Source of the DNA: an uncultured Nitrospiraceae bacterium
GTDB lineage: Bacteria > Nitrospirota > Thermodesulfovibrionia > Thermodesulfovibrionales > SM23-35
Direction: 5' to 3'
Assembly (NCBI GenBank): GCA_963727775.1
Contig: CAVSHB010000001.1
Span: forward strand, 1,184,001 to 1,248,000
Length of the DNA: 64,000 nt
This document shows positions 1-8,945 of this stretch, piece by piece. Every line of letters begins with the position of its first letter. Position 1 is the stretch's first letter. The notes beneath the pieces were generated by a model. That model saw nothing but the letters and a program-made list of their open reading frames with translations, ran no database searches and was not told the DNA's origin. Both the position numbers and the translations under genes were made by a program.

Positions 1-323
1 TGACCGATCAGTTCTATAACGCGCTTCACGACACGGGCCCGAATGCTCCCATTTACCAGAGGCTATTGCTAAATGACGGATTTTATGGCTGGACTCCGTC
101 GATGCCCTTAAAGATGTTTCACAATAGTCTTGATGATCTTGTGCCAGTTAGCAATATGGACATTGCAGCCAGCATATGGAATAATGTGCCGAATGTATAT
201 CAGGAATACTTCACAGAGTATAGTGATGGATTGGGGTCGGTGCACGCGGGCTCGCTGCCGATAGCATACTACAAAGGATTTATTTGGATTGATGCTTATG
301 CTTACCCTGACCGTCATAAATGA
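1..323 (+). CDS. C-terminal part of alpha/beta-hydrolase (secretory lipase-like), runs off window start
   Basis: Frame is open from base 3. Motifs WTPSMPLKMFHNSLDDLVP and a late His (SVHAG) fit the Asp/His end of a lipase-type catalytic triad. Confidence 0.6.
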   Translation, partial: TDQFYNALHDTGPNAPIYQRLLLNDGFYGWTPSMPLKMFHNSLDDLVPVSNMDIAASIWNNVPNVYQEYFTEYSDGLGSVHAGSLPIAYYKGFIWIDAYAYPDRHK

Positions 324-440
324 AGGAAAAGGCTGTCCAAAGTAAGCCTTCTAATGGCATCCTTTAGGACGACATAGTTATTAAGCCGCAATAGGCTTAG
401 TAGGCGTGAAGCAGATACCTTCTAACCCTGATATAATTAT

Positions 441-760
441 CAAATCCCACCTCTTTACTTTAAGATTTATAAAGCATTCCATCTTACACCGTCCATCTAC
501 TTTTTCTTTCAGTTTTTACTATGCGCTATTGTCATGATTATACCAACCACTTTGATGGGTGCAACTTTTCCCGTAGTTAGCAAGAAGGTAACCACATCTA
601 TCGATGAGGTGGGCAGGGGAGTTGGCAATGCATATTCCTTCAATACATTCGGCGCAATTATTGGATCCTTTTGCGCCGGGTTTATTCTTATGCCTGTTTT
701 CGGCACAAGAATGGCCGCAGTTACGGCGGCATGCATCAATATTTTCGTCGCTTTGACTGA
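441..760 (+). pseudogene. Internal fragment of fused MFS/spermidine synthase-like membrane protein
   Basis: IPPLYFKIYKAFH...QFLLCAIVMIIPTTLMGATFP...VGNAYSFNTFGAIIGSFCAGFILMP is typical of this family. No N- or C-terminal parts are present. Confidence 0.65.
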
Positions 761-768
761 TGTCTCCT

Positions 769-1650
769 CTAATAATACTTATGACATTTTGTACATATTC
801 TTGCAACAGGAAACAGTTTGCTAAAATTCGAACTGTGGGGATTATGGCAACTAACACAACTTAACTCCCTTTTCGGATCGCTTGGGTCTGGTACCCCCGA
901 AACTGGATGAATCATCTGTCCTTTAACAGGGGACACGAAATGCATTCCGTCTTTTTGTACTTTATGGCAACCTGTGCATACGTCAACGATCGGTTTGGAG
1001 AGAAGGTAGGGACTCTCGCTAACATGTGCATTATGGCAAAAATTACATCCATTCGGAACCGCTATGACCACATGGATATGCTTTTTTGTGAACGGGGCTT
1101 TATCATGACATCTGTAACAAAGCTCAGGAGGAGCGCTTATAAGAATATTACTAAAATTTGCGGCATGAGGACTATGACAACTTATACACTGACCTTTTGC
1201 TACCGGAGTATGAGCCGGCTTTCCTCTGAACTTTGATTCGTCATGGCAAGCATAGCAGAGATCCGGAACATTCTTTAAAAGAATCTTCTCGAAAGTTGAT
1301 CGATGAGGATTATGGCAGGCTGTACATGTGTCACTTACAATTGGGGGATGAAGCGACTTGCCTCTAAATTCTGATTTGTCATGGCACATGAAGCAGAGTC
1401 CCGGAACGTTCTGAACAAGTTTAACGCTATCTTTCTGCTCTGGATGATTCATGCCTTCTACAAGCGTATGGCACGTCTGACAGCCCGAAGTTAGGGGAGC
1501 ATGAATACTTTTTGACGGTTTTGTCAATTCCGCATGGCATCTCAGACAGTGATTTTCTTCGGCAAGAATATCAGAGAGGGTACAATTCCAAAAAGCAAAT
1601 AAGAAAAAGATTAGAATGTTGAAGAACCTGAAGGTTGACATGTATTTCAT
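769..1650 (-). CDS. Periplasmic multiheme cytochrome c (11 CxxCH, paired-CxxCH type)
   Basis: Signal peptide, then CLRCH, CQTCH, CFMCH, CTACH, CYACH, CISCH, CYRCH, CNFCH, CTGCH, CVSCH, CTKCH. Start is probably ATG at 1650 or 1641. Confidence 0.9.
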   Translation of the reverse strand: MKYMSTFRFFNILIFFLFAFWNCTLSDILAEENHCLRCHAELTKPSKSIHAPLTSGCQTCHTLVEGMNHPEQKDSVKLVQNVPGLCFMCHDKSEFRGKSLHPPIVSDTCTACHNPHRSTFEKILLKNVPDLCYACHDESKFRGKPAHTPVAKGQCISCHSPHAANFSNILISAPPELCYRCHDKAPFTKKHIHVVIAVPNGCNFCHNAHVSESPYLLSKPIVDVCTGCHKVQKDGMHFVSPVKGQMIHPVSGVPDPSDPKRELSCVSCHNPHSSNFSKLFPVARICTKCHKYY

Positions 1651-1701
1651 GGATAGTTTATATTTGATTCCCACGCCTTTGTCAAGAACTAAATGCTACC
1701 G

Positions 1702-1815
1702 CCGACTACTGCAGATGCTATCCTCGACAGGGTCGTCCATAATGCACATAGGATATCTTTGAAGGGAGAATCGATGAGAAAGACTATGTCAAACTTGACT
1801 CAATCCGAATACTAA
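1702..1815 (+). pseudogene. istB: IS21-family helper ATPase IstB, C-terminal remnant
   Basis: Reads [27 protein letters not shown]...*, the IstB C-terminal signature. Confidence 0.85.
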
Positions 1816-1857
1816 ACGTATGATTTAAACATCCAGCTTCGCTATACGAACAAAGAT

Positions 1858-1886
1858 CCCTCGTAGCTTGCTGCGGGGTAATTCAT
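1858..1886. repeat. IS200/IS605-end-like / REP-like hairpin
   Basis: CCCTCGTAG-CTTG-CTGCGGGG followed by TAATTCAT. Confidence 0.5.
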
Positions 1887-1921
1887 TTATTCTATAACTT
1901 ATTTTTTAAAAAAGGAATATT

Positions 1922-3169
1922 ATGCAAGCACATTTTGGAGATATTGTGAAGATTCACTTCACGTGTAGAACGAAAGACGGAACAATTGTTGTTTCATCTA
2001 CGGGAAGAGATCCTCTTCAATGTACATTAGGCAAATCTGAAATAATACCTTATCTTGAAAAAGTCATAATCGGAATGAGGGAAGGCGATTTTAAAACGGT
2101 GAAAGTTCCTGTATCCCATGCATTCGGCGCATATCATGATGAATTGGTTTTTGACATTAATAGAATATTGCTATCTGTTACTGGGGACGTCTTGCCTGGC
2201 ACGCAAATTCAAATGGGTGATGAAGTTTTTAAAGTTATTAATGCTTCAGGATCTGTCTTGACGTTGGACGCAAACTACCCATTGGCGGGAGAGGATCTCT
2301 TTTTTGATTTACATATGATTGAAATTTCAAAAAATAAATCATACACAACAAACAATATATTTAATGTGCCAGGTCAAAGTAATAATATACATCAAGTCAA
2401 TAAAATAGCGTTATTACTCACCACTTTTTTTAGGGATAACTTAATGTTTAAAACGATTCGGAATCTTCTAAATTATTGGGATGAGAGCTATGTCCTGCTT
2501 ATAGCCGATCAAGGGTGCCGGACAATTAATGATTTTGATGCAAAAAGAGAAGCCCTTAAACAGCTCACTGCAAACAATATATCCTTTGAATATTATCAAC
2601 TTCCTTTTGATTGCGGATTGTCTGCTGCGCGAAACTTCTTAGTAAAGAAAGCGGATGCTATGAATATCAGGTATTGTTTTTTATTAGCTGATAGCATCCA
2701 ATTCCTTGCAAAATATAATTTAGATCCTATTCTTTCTTTTTTAGAGGAAGACAATCATAGAGGTATTGTTGGATTTGATCTTTATGGTAGACCCCCGTGG
2801 GATCGTGATTTAGAACTCATTAAGAATTCTTATTTTTATTTAATGTTTCCAAAAAGAAAACCCATTGAATATAAGAATATTAGATTTCAACCTGTTGACA
2901 TATGCAGAAATTTCTTTTTAGCCAAGACTGAGTCCTTATTACTTAATTTATGGGATGAAGATTTAAAATTATGCGAACATGAAGATTTTTTCTGGAGATT
3001 GAAAAATGAGGACAAGCTTAACCAAGTATTTTGGACTGATTTTGTGCAGGCTCAATATATTAATGAGAAATCTTTTTTATATGACCAATTGAGAAATAGG
3101 ATGTATTTTAAATTCCGTGAAGTATTATTAAAGAAATACAGTCTCACAGATTGGGTTCGTTATGAGTGA
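1922..3169 (+). CDS. FKBP-type (SlyD/FkpB-like) PPIase domain fused to GT-A fold glycosyltransferase
   Basis: N-term GDIVKIHF...IIPYLEKVIIGMREG...LDANYPLAGEDLFF. C-term LLLTTFFRD...IADQG...LPFDCGLSAARN...EHEDFFWR. Visibly AT-rich. Confidence 0.8.
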   Translation: MQAHFGDIVKIHFTCRTKDGTIVVSSTGRDPLQCTLGKSEIIPYLEKVIIGMREGDFKTVKVPVSHAFGAYHDELVFDINRILLSVTGDVLPGTQIQMGDEVFKVINASGSVLTLDANYPLAGEDLFFDLHMIEISKNKSYTTNNIFNVPGQSNNIHQVNKIALLLTTFFRDNLMFKTIRNLLNYWDESYVLLIADQGCRTINDFDAKREALKQLTANNISFEYYQLPFDCGLSAARNFLVKKADAMNIRYCFLLADSIQFLAKYNLDPILSFLEEDNHRGIVGFDLYGRPPWDRDLELIKNSYFYLMFPKRKPIEYKNIRFQPVDICRNFFLAKTESLLLNLWDEDLKLCEHEDFFWRLKNEDKLNQVFWTDFVQAQYINEKSFLYDQLRNRMYFKFREVLLKKYSLTDWVRYE

Positions 3170-3189
3170 TTTGCACTGAAATTTGACAA

Positions 3190-3260
3190 TGACCTTTCCC
3201 CGAATTGATGGACACACACCTAAGAATTTGTAAGATGACACGACAGGAGGTAAGTGTATA
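3190..3260 (+). mobile_element. Isolated IS3-family left end
   Basis: TGACCTTTCCCCGAATTGATGGACACACACCTAAG resembles the IS3-type left IR (TGA..TT.CCC....GGACAC...CTAAG, compared from memory). An AGGAGG follows but there is no transposase ORF. Confidence 0.55.
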
Positions 3261-3345
3261 GGGATTGTCGCCGTCATTTTAACGTCATGAACTGATTTTT
3301 TTGAAATCCCATGGGTTCGAATATCAAAAGTTTATCGGTGCCGTA

Positions 3346-3777
3346 TCAGAATTTAGAATCCCAGTCTCTCAAACTCATAACATATTTCATATCCCTGACT
3401 TTTTTACAATATGATTCGTCTGCCGTCAGTAATCTCCCTTTTTGAAGGAAGGCAACGGCATGGTACACTGCATCATAAAAAGTGACACTGTATCTCTGCA
3501 TTAATTTAAACGTCTCTTTACATAGGTCTATAGACATATCATATTCCGTGAAATCGTATCCCAAAAAAATCTCCATGACTTCACGAGCCTGTTCCGGCAT
3601 TTTCATCATGAGAACATTGCCGACTTCATAACTCCATAGTTTCGGCAGGACAATCTCACATTTTCCGTCTATCCATGCGTTAAGAAAAGAAACAGCTTTA
3701 TCCTTGTCGCTTTCGTCAGGAGTGTCAAAGGCCCATTTCAACACAATAGAGGCGTCAGGCACAATAATTTCCTTCAT
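3346..3777 (-). CDS. vapC: VapC family PIN toxin
   Basis: IVPDASIVLKW...YEVGN...TFYDAVY...LLTAD. Confidence 0.9.
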   Translation of the reverse strand: MKEIIVPDASIVLKWAFDTPDESDKDKAVSFLNAWIDGKCEIVLPKLWSYEVGNVLMMKMPEQAREVMEIFLGYDFTEYDMSIDLCKETFKLMQRYSVTFYDAVYHAVAFLQKGRLLTADESYCKKVRDMKYVMSLRDWDSKF

Positions 3778-4019
3778 AATGAATTGACCCTTGTTCTGTC
3801 TTTTTTCAGTGCGGTAACTATTCCTTTTGTTGAAAAGCTCTGTTTAGATCTCAACAACAAGAGTCTTTCAGTAAGCCGCTTTCTCTTTATGAAATTCAGT
3901 TCTTTTTTTAAAGCTTCATTTGCTACTCTGCTGCGTTCGCCGGACGGCACCAGTCTTTCAAATTCCTTTCTCACATCGTCGTTGATCATAAAATTGACTT
4001 TTCTTGATGTTGGGTGCAT
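3774..4019 (-). CDS. Antitoxin (RHH-like) of adjacent VapC
   Basis: 81-aa ORF overlapping the vapC start by 4 nt, with GAGG RBS. Confidence 0.75.
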   Translation of the reverse strand: MHPTSRKVNFMINDDVRKEFERLVPSGERSRVANEALKKELNFIKRKRLTERLLLLRSKQSFSTKGIVTALKKDRTRVNSL

Positions 4020-4171
4020 AAATTACACCTCTCTTTATAATGTAAATATATTACACCTTAAGTTTACCTATTTTGTTTTTATTTGTCAAAATTCAAATTG
4101 ACGAATTGCCTCATCAAAAATCTGTTCGAAATAATCAGGTACTGTCTCTGTAAAAAGAGTAGGAGGCAGTA

Positions 4172-4285
4172 ATGAGACTTACGGTCAAAAAGAGAGGAAG
4201 GCAACAAAGATAACGGCGGCGACTTATAACCGTCAAAAAAGCAGAAAGGAATCATTCTTGATGAATTTGCAGCACTGACAGGTTC
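4172..4285 (+). pseudogene. Frameshifted N-terminal remnant of ISNCY-type transposase
   Basis: AGGAGG RBS, then MRLTVK / ERKATKITAATY / KKQKGIILDEFAALTG in shifting frames, like the 'K.KG.ILDEF...TG' N-terminus of these transposases. Confidence 0.6.
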
Positions 4286-4472
4286 ACCATACGGGCCTGA
4301 TCTGCTGGGGGCACCAGTTTTATCAGGGAAGCGCCGTAAAACCCCGTTCTGATATTGCTTGCCTTTCCCATAGACCAAATATAAAGTAAATCTATGATCG
4401 TACGCAAGGCATACAGGTACAGGCTAAAGACCAACTTGCGCACAAAGCGGTTACTATCCCGGTTAACGCACC

Positions 4473-4931
4473 TTAAGTCTTTAAAAAGCCCGGGAACACA
4501 GTTTCAATAAAATCCGACGGGCCCACAATTGTGAGGTTGTATCTCTTGTCTGTTTTCAACCTAACAAAGTCCTTTTTGTCCCCGGTAATAAGATACTCTG
4601 CTTTGCAAGCAATTGCCGAGGCAAGGACAGGGATATCTTTTTCTGCAATGATTCCCGCCATACTTCTTACTGTTTCCTGAGAAGGCAGCGGGACGACTTC
4701 AAGACCAAGCTTGGGTAGATATTTATGGTATAGAGTTATGGCCGCCGGCATTCTTTTCTTCAGGTTTCGCTCAACCTCCATGAGGTTATAGCGCCCGGTT
4801 GCTCCTGCAAGGAACGGCAAATTAAGCGTTAGCAGATCAAGGATAATTCGGGGAGCTCCCTTGTCTGAGAAGAGACCGGACAGAAGCACATTGGAATCGA
4901 GAAATATCTTATGCCTTTTTCCTAGTGGCAT
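4473..4931 (-). CDS. PIN-domain toxin
   Basis: IFLDSNVLLS...KDIPVLASA...LITGDKKDF. Likely start ATG at 4931, overlapping the antitoxin. Confidence 0.85.
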   Translation of the reverse strand: MPLGKRHKIFLDSNVLLSGLFSDKGAPRIILDLLTLNLPFLAGATGRYNLMEVERNLKKRMPAAITLYHKYLPKLGLEVVPLPSQETVRSMAGIIAEKDIPVLASAIACKAEYLITGDKKDFVRLKTDKRYNLTIVGPSDFIETVFPGFLKT

Positions 4932-5199
4932 AAGTCTCTTTAAACAACTCTGCTCGTTCCTCTTTGAGCCCTTCGATAAGTTCTTCAAGAGTGAAGCCTG
5001 ATGCCTTGACCAGTTTCTTCAATTGTCTCCGTGCTTCGTCAAGCTCTAGCCTCTTCGGGGTAATAATCAACGAATCACCTATCGGCAAAATAGAGACGAC
5101 ATTGCCTTCTTCGAAGTGGCTCATTTCCCGTATTTTCTTCGGGATCGTCAACTGCCCGCGGGCCTTTATCTCTGCAATTGCCACTTTCATTTCTTCCAT
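4909..5199 (-). CDS. AbrB/MazE/SpoVT family antitoxin
   Basis: IKARGQLTIPKKIRE motif, GGAGG RBS. Confidence 0.85.
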   Translation of the reverse strand: MEEMKVAIAEIKARGQLTIPKKIREMSHFEEGNVVSILPIGDSLIITPKRLELDEARRQLKKLVKASGFTLEELIEGLKEERAELFKETYATRKKA

Positions 5200-5218
5200 G
5201 CTGCACCTCCAGAAATAT

Positions 5219-5238
5219 ATATTCTGATTTCAGAATAT
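5219..5238. promoter_or_regulatory. Inverted repeat, putative antitoxin operator
   Basis: ATATTCTGA-TT-TCAGAATAT just upstream of the AbrB gene. Confidence 0.45.
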
Positions 5239-5526
5239 CAGATTTCGGAATATATTGCAAGCGCTATGCTGTCGCCAATTCGGTAAATTCGAAGCTGGTG
5301 TGTGAGGAAGAGGAACAAAGCACGTTGCATATATATCATGCCTTGAATAAAAAATAAAACCGTCAAAAAGATTGGAGTTAGGCAATATTCTTTTGGGGTC
5401 ACTTTTGAATATACCTTATATCGCTGCGGATCCCGGTGAAATCTGCTATCTGTTCCAGCGCATTCCTGCCACTTGTTCCGATGTGAATCTGCCTTTGCCA
5501 TAAGAAGTAAATCTGGTGATCACGTC

Positions 5527-5928
5527 TCATATGGTCTCAAGTTTCAAGCCTTCTATTTTTCTAAAGTCTCTTGTGTTTGCTGTAATGATCGTATAATCCA
5601 TCGAGAGAGCAGTTGCTGATATGATCAGATCATGACTTCCTACGGTAATACCCTGCGAAGCAAGTGATGCCCAAAGCTTGGCATAGGTTCTTGCGACTGA
5701 AATATCCAGTGGAAAGACCGGAAAGAATTCTATAACCTTCTCTACGAAGGCCTGCCGTTTTATTTTTCGGACATGCGTATCGGCACGTTCCACGCCGTGG
5801 AGCAACTCAGCAACAGTTATTACGCTTATGCCGAACGGTTCATCCCCACGACCCTCAGTAATACGGTAAATATCATGACTCTTGCGCTCAATTGCAATGA
5901 TTTCGCTTGTATCAAATATCACTCCCAT
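5527..5928 (-). CDS. vapC: VapC family PIN toxin
   Basis: VIFDTS...SVITVAEL...HDLIISATA...TANTRDF. Confidence 0.9.
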   Translation of the reverse strand: MGVIFDTSEIIAIERKSHDIYRITEGRGDEPFGISVITVAELLHGVERADTHVRKIKRQAFVEKVIEFFPVFPLDISVARTYAKLWASLASQGITVGSHDLIISATALSMDYTIITANTRDFRKIEGLKLETI

Positions 5929-6200
5929 GCTGTCCTCTCCGGGATAGGCGGCTGTGATTTGAGCCCCTCTTCAACATCCTTTAAGAAACTATCAGTATCT
6001 TTTCCAAGCTTAGGTAGATTGTCAATTATCGCCCGCAGTTCTTTCAGTGTTCGCCCGGGAGGTGCTTCCTTAACTGGCACAATGGCGGCAGCAGGCTTGC
6101 CTCCTCTGACAATCGTATAACTCTCACCTTTATATTTGACGGAATTAATAATTTCAGAAAAAGCTCTCGCCGCTTCGGTTGCGTTGATTATTTTTCCCAT
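5919..6200 (-). CDS. Phd/YefM family antitoxin
   Basis: INATEAARAFSEII...IVRGGKPAA; overlaps vapC. Confidence 0.9.
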   Translation of the reverse strand: MGKIINATEAARAFSEIINSVKYKGESYTIVRGGKPAAAIVPVKEAPPGRTLKELRAIIDNLPKLGKDTDSFLKDVEEGLKSQPPIPERTAWE

Positions 6201-6702
6201 TGGTGACCTCCCTAAAATCTGATAATCATATTTTACGTAATTTACTATTGTATTGCAACAGGCAGTTGACTAACAGAGTCAGCTCTCTCATGTAGTAGGT
6301 GATGAGAAACTGAACCGTGTTAATGAAGAACTGAAAGAGTGTAGCGGATAATAGTGGGCTTCTGCCAGGATTTGTGGCAGGAATGTCACGGAATTCCCTG
6401 CGATAAAGTGGCTGCAATATACAGCAGCCAGTAGTTTTGTATTTTTAAGCTCGCGATTAATTCTGTACAAAAATAGGGACTGCATATAGAAGCATTATCG
6501 TAAATCTCAGTCATTTCGTTTCTTATTTCAAATGAATCATTTTTTCAGTTGTGATATACCAAGGGCCACCTGGATATTGGTCATCCTGTTGTTACTAACC
6601 TAAAAGCTGCATTTGTAATGATAGTCACCCTCTCTCGGCGATGAGGGCTTCTTCCAACAATTTTTTCGCGGTAACTTCGATCCTTAGCCCTGCGATCTGC
6701 AA

Positions 6703-7467
6703 TTACTCTTTTCTCTCGAATGACTTACCGGCCACAAGCACAAAAAGAATAGATGAAAAAATAATCACCGCCATGCATATCCATATTGAAAAATCAGGCC
6801 CCATCGGTCCGGTTTCGTGAGGGAAGAGGGCATGTTTCAATGCATCAATTCCGTAAGTGAGCGGGTTCAGTTTCGCCGCTATCCTGAGAACGGCCGGCAA
6901 GAGCTTTACAGGGTACATGGCGCCCGAGAGAAAAAACATCGGCATTATAATGAAATTCATTATTACACTGAAGCTTTCATAACTGTCGTAGAATGTTGCA
7001 AGTACGATACCGAAGGCAGAGATGCAGAATGACACGGATGCGCTTATGAAGATCACGGCCAATACCTGCATTAAGCCGAGCTTGAAGCCTATAACAGGGA
7101 ATAGGGCGAGAATAATTACAGCCTGTATAGTTGATATGATCGTACCGCTCAGTGCTTTTCCCACGACTATAGAAAGCCTTGATACCGGGGCAACGAGGAT
7201 TTCCTTCATAAACCCGAACTCTTTGTCCCAGATAATGGATATCGACGAAAATATTGAACTGAAGAGGATTGTCATCCCTATAATTCCGGGGAAGATGAAT
7301 TGTGTGTAGGGAACTCCTGTATTGCCGGGGACGAGTCTCGATATCCCGGCGCCGACTATAAACAGCCATAGCAAAGGCCTTGCTATTGCCGAGAACAGGC
7401 GGCTTTTCTCCCTGATGAATTTCTTGAATTCTCTGGCGACTATGACGTATATGGCGTTGAATTCCAT
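6703..7467 (-). CDS. ABC-2 type transporter permease
   Basis: Hydrophobic; WDKEFGFMKEILVAP, MPMFFLSGAMYP, NPLTYGID. Confidence 0.9.
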   Translation of the reverse strand: MEFNAIYVIVAREFKKFIREKSRLFSAIARPLLWLFIVGAGISRLVPGNTGVPYTQFIFPGIIGMTILFSSIFSSISIIWDKEFGFMKEILVAPVSRLSIVVGKALSGTIISTIQAVIILALFPVIGFKLGLMQVLAVIFISASVSFCISAFGIVLATFYDSYESFSVIMNFIIMPMFFLSGAMYPVKLLPAVLRIAAKLNPLTYGIDALKHALFPHETGPMGPDFSIWICMAVIIFSSILFVLVAGKSFERKE

Positions 7468-7489
7468 TCTAATCCTCGGAGGGTTTCTT

Positions 7490-8467
7490 TCAATGTCTTC
7501 TCCTGTATGAGCGTAAGGATTCCTTGATAGAATCCCCTGTGGTTACCTCTTCTTCTCTTATTGTCTTGCCGGTAAGCTTTAAAAATACATCATTCAGAGT
7601 AGGCCTCTCAATTTTTACGGATATGACCTTTTCCCCCAGCGCTCTTATGAGTTCAGGGATGCAGGTATCAGCCTTATTACATGTCATATACAATTCATCC
7701 CCCTTTTCTGCAACAGTAAGGTCAAGTATCTTTTCTATTTCACTCCTTGCGGTTTTATTGTCCGTAGTCGTTATGGAAACGACGTCTCCGCCGACGGTTT
7801 TTTTCAATTCCTCAGGAGTTCCCATAGCAATTATATTTCCGTTATCGATGATCCCGATCCTGTCGCAAACCTCTGCCTCTTCCATGTAATGGGTGGTCAT
7901 AAATATGGTCACGTTATGCTTTTTGGGGAGTTGCGTAATAAATTCCCACAGGTTTGTCCTGCTTTGAGGGTCAAGCCCGAGAGTCGGTTCATCAAGGAAA
8001 AATACCCTTGGACGGTGGATCAATCCCCTTGCTATTTCAAGTTTTCTTTTCATTCCGCCTGAGAATTTTTTGACGAGGTCATCCTTTCTTTCATACAGGT
8101 CTACAAATCGAAGGACTTCATCAACACGTCCTTTTATCTTGTCCTTGCCGACATTGTACAGATAGGCATGAAAGACAAGGTTTTCATAAGCAGTCAGGTC
8201 TTTGTCCAGAGTAGTGTCCTGAAATACTATTCCGATAGCTTTCCTTACCTCCGATGGGTTTGTCATGCAGTCATGACCCGCGATAAAAGCCTTACCGGAA
8301 GTGGGGGAAAGAAGTGTACAGAGAATATTTATAGTGGTGGTTTTTCCCGCGCCGTTCGGACCGAGGAACCCGAAGATCGTGCCTTCTTCCACTTCAAAGG
8401 AGATATTATTGACAGCCGTAATATTCCCGAATTTCTTTACAAGGTTTTCTACGCGGATGACATACAT
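7490..8467 (-). CDS. ABC transporter ATP-binding protein (DrrA-like)
   Basis: GPNGAGKTT, FSGGMKR, FLDEPT, PTLNDVFL. Confidence 0.92.
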   Translation of the reverse strand: MYVIRVENLVKKFGNITAVNNISFEVEEGTIFGFLGPNGAGKTTTINILCTLLSPTSGKAFIAGHDCMTNPSEVRKAIGIVFQDTTLDKDLTAYENLVFHAYLYNVGKDKIKGRVDEVLRFVDLYERKDDLVKKFSGGMKRKLEIARGLIHRPRVFFLDEPTLGLDPQSRTNLWEFITQLPKKHNVTIFMTTHYMEEAEVCDRIGIIDNGNIIAMGTPEELKKTVGGDVVSITTTDNKTARSEIEKILDLTVAEKGDELYMTCNKADTCIPELIRALGEKVISVKIERPTLNDVFLKLTGKTIREEEVTTGDSIKESLRSYRRRH

Positions 8468-8603
8468 TTATCTGTACCAGTCTACCTTATTTCCCGGTAT
8501 ATGCATGGACCTGTGACGATAGTATTTTTGATGTAATATCCATATGTTATATAATTATAATCAAGTAAATGTTTATGTATTATGCACATTCTACATGATT
8601 CCA

Positions 8604-8645
8604 ATGCGGGGGGCATAGGCTCTTTATAAAGAACCTTTCCCGCAT
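8604..8645. repeat. Intergenic imperfect hairpin (REP-like or terminator)
   Basis: ATGCGGG...AGG.TCTTTATAAAGA.CCT...CCCGCAT. Confidence 0.4.
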
Positions 8646-8945
8646 ATTTATCTAATGCCTCAACCCTTTCCCCCGGTATTTGGTTTCTTGATCGCGGGTT
8701 CGCGGGTACAGGAAAGCAGGATTGCAGGCAACAAAAAAATGATCAGAAATAGTCCTGATTTTGCCGCGTCTGTCAGCACTTTTTCTTAGAAGTTCCCGAC
8801 TTCTTCCTGTTTACGCTTCAGGAAGGAACTCCCAATTTTGGAAATACAGCAAATTGCAAAATAATCCAAATCGCCAGAATACCCAAGGTTATCAGCCAAT
8901 CCCAGTTTTTCATTTCGATAAAGTCTTCCTTTATTGGTTAATATA

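Noticed and set aside
3308..3326. GGGTTCGAAT, tRNA T-loop-like
   Set aside because: No closing T-stem, acceptor stem or cloverleaf.
6240..6700. Several small hairpins, and a GGCGATGA segment resembling a fluoride riboswitch start
   Set aside because: No complete riboswitch consensus, wrong orientation to the neighbouring genes, and no repeat periodicity.
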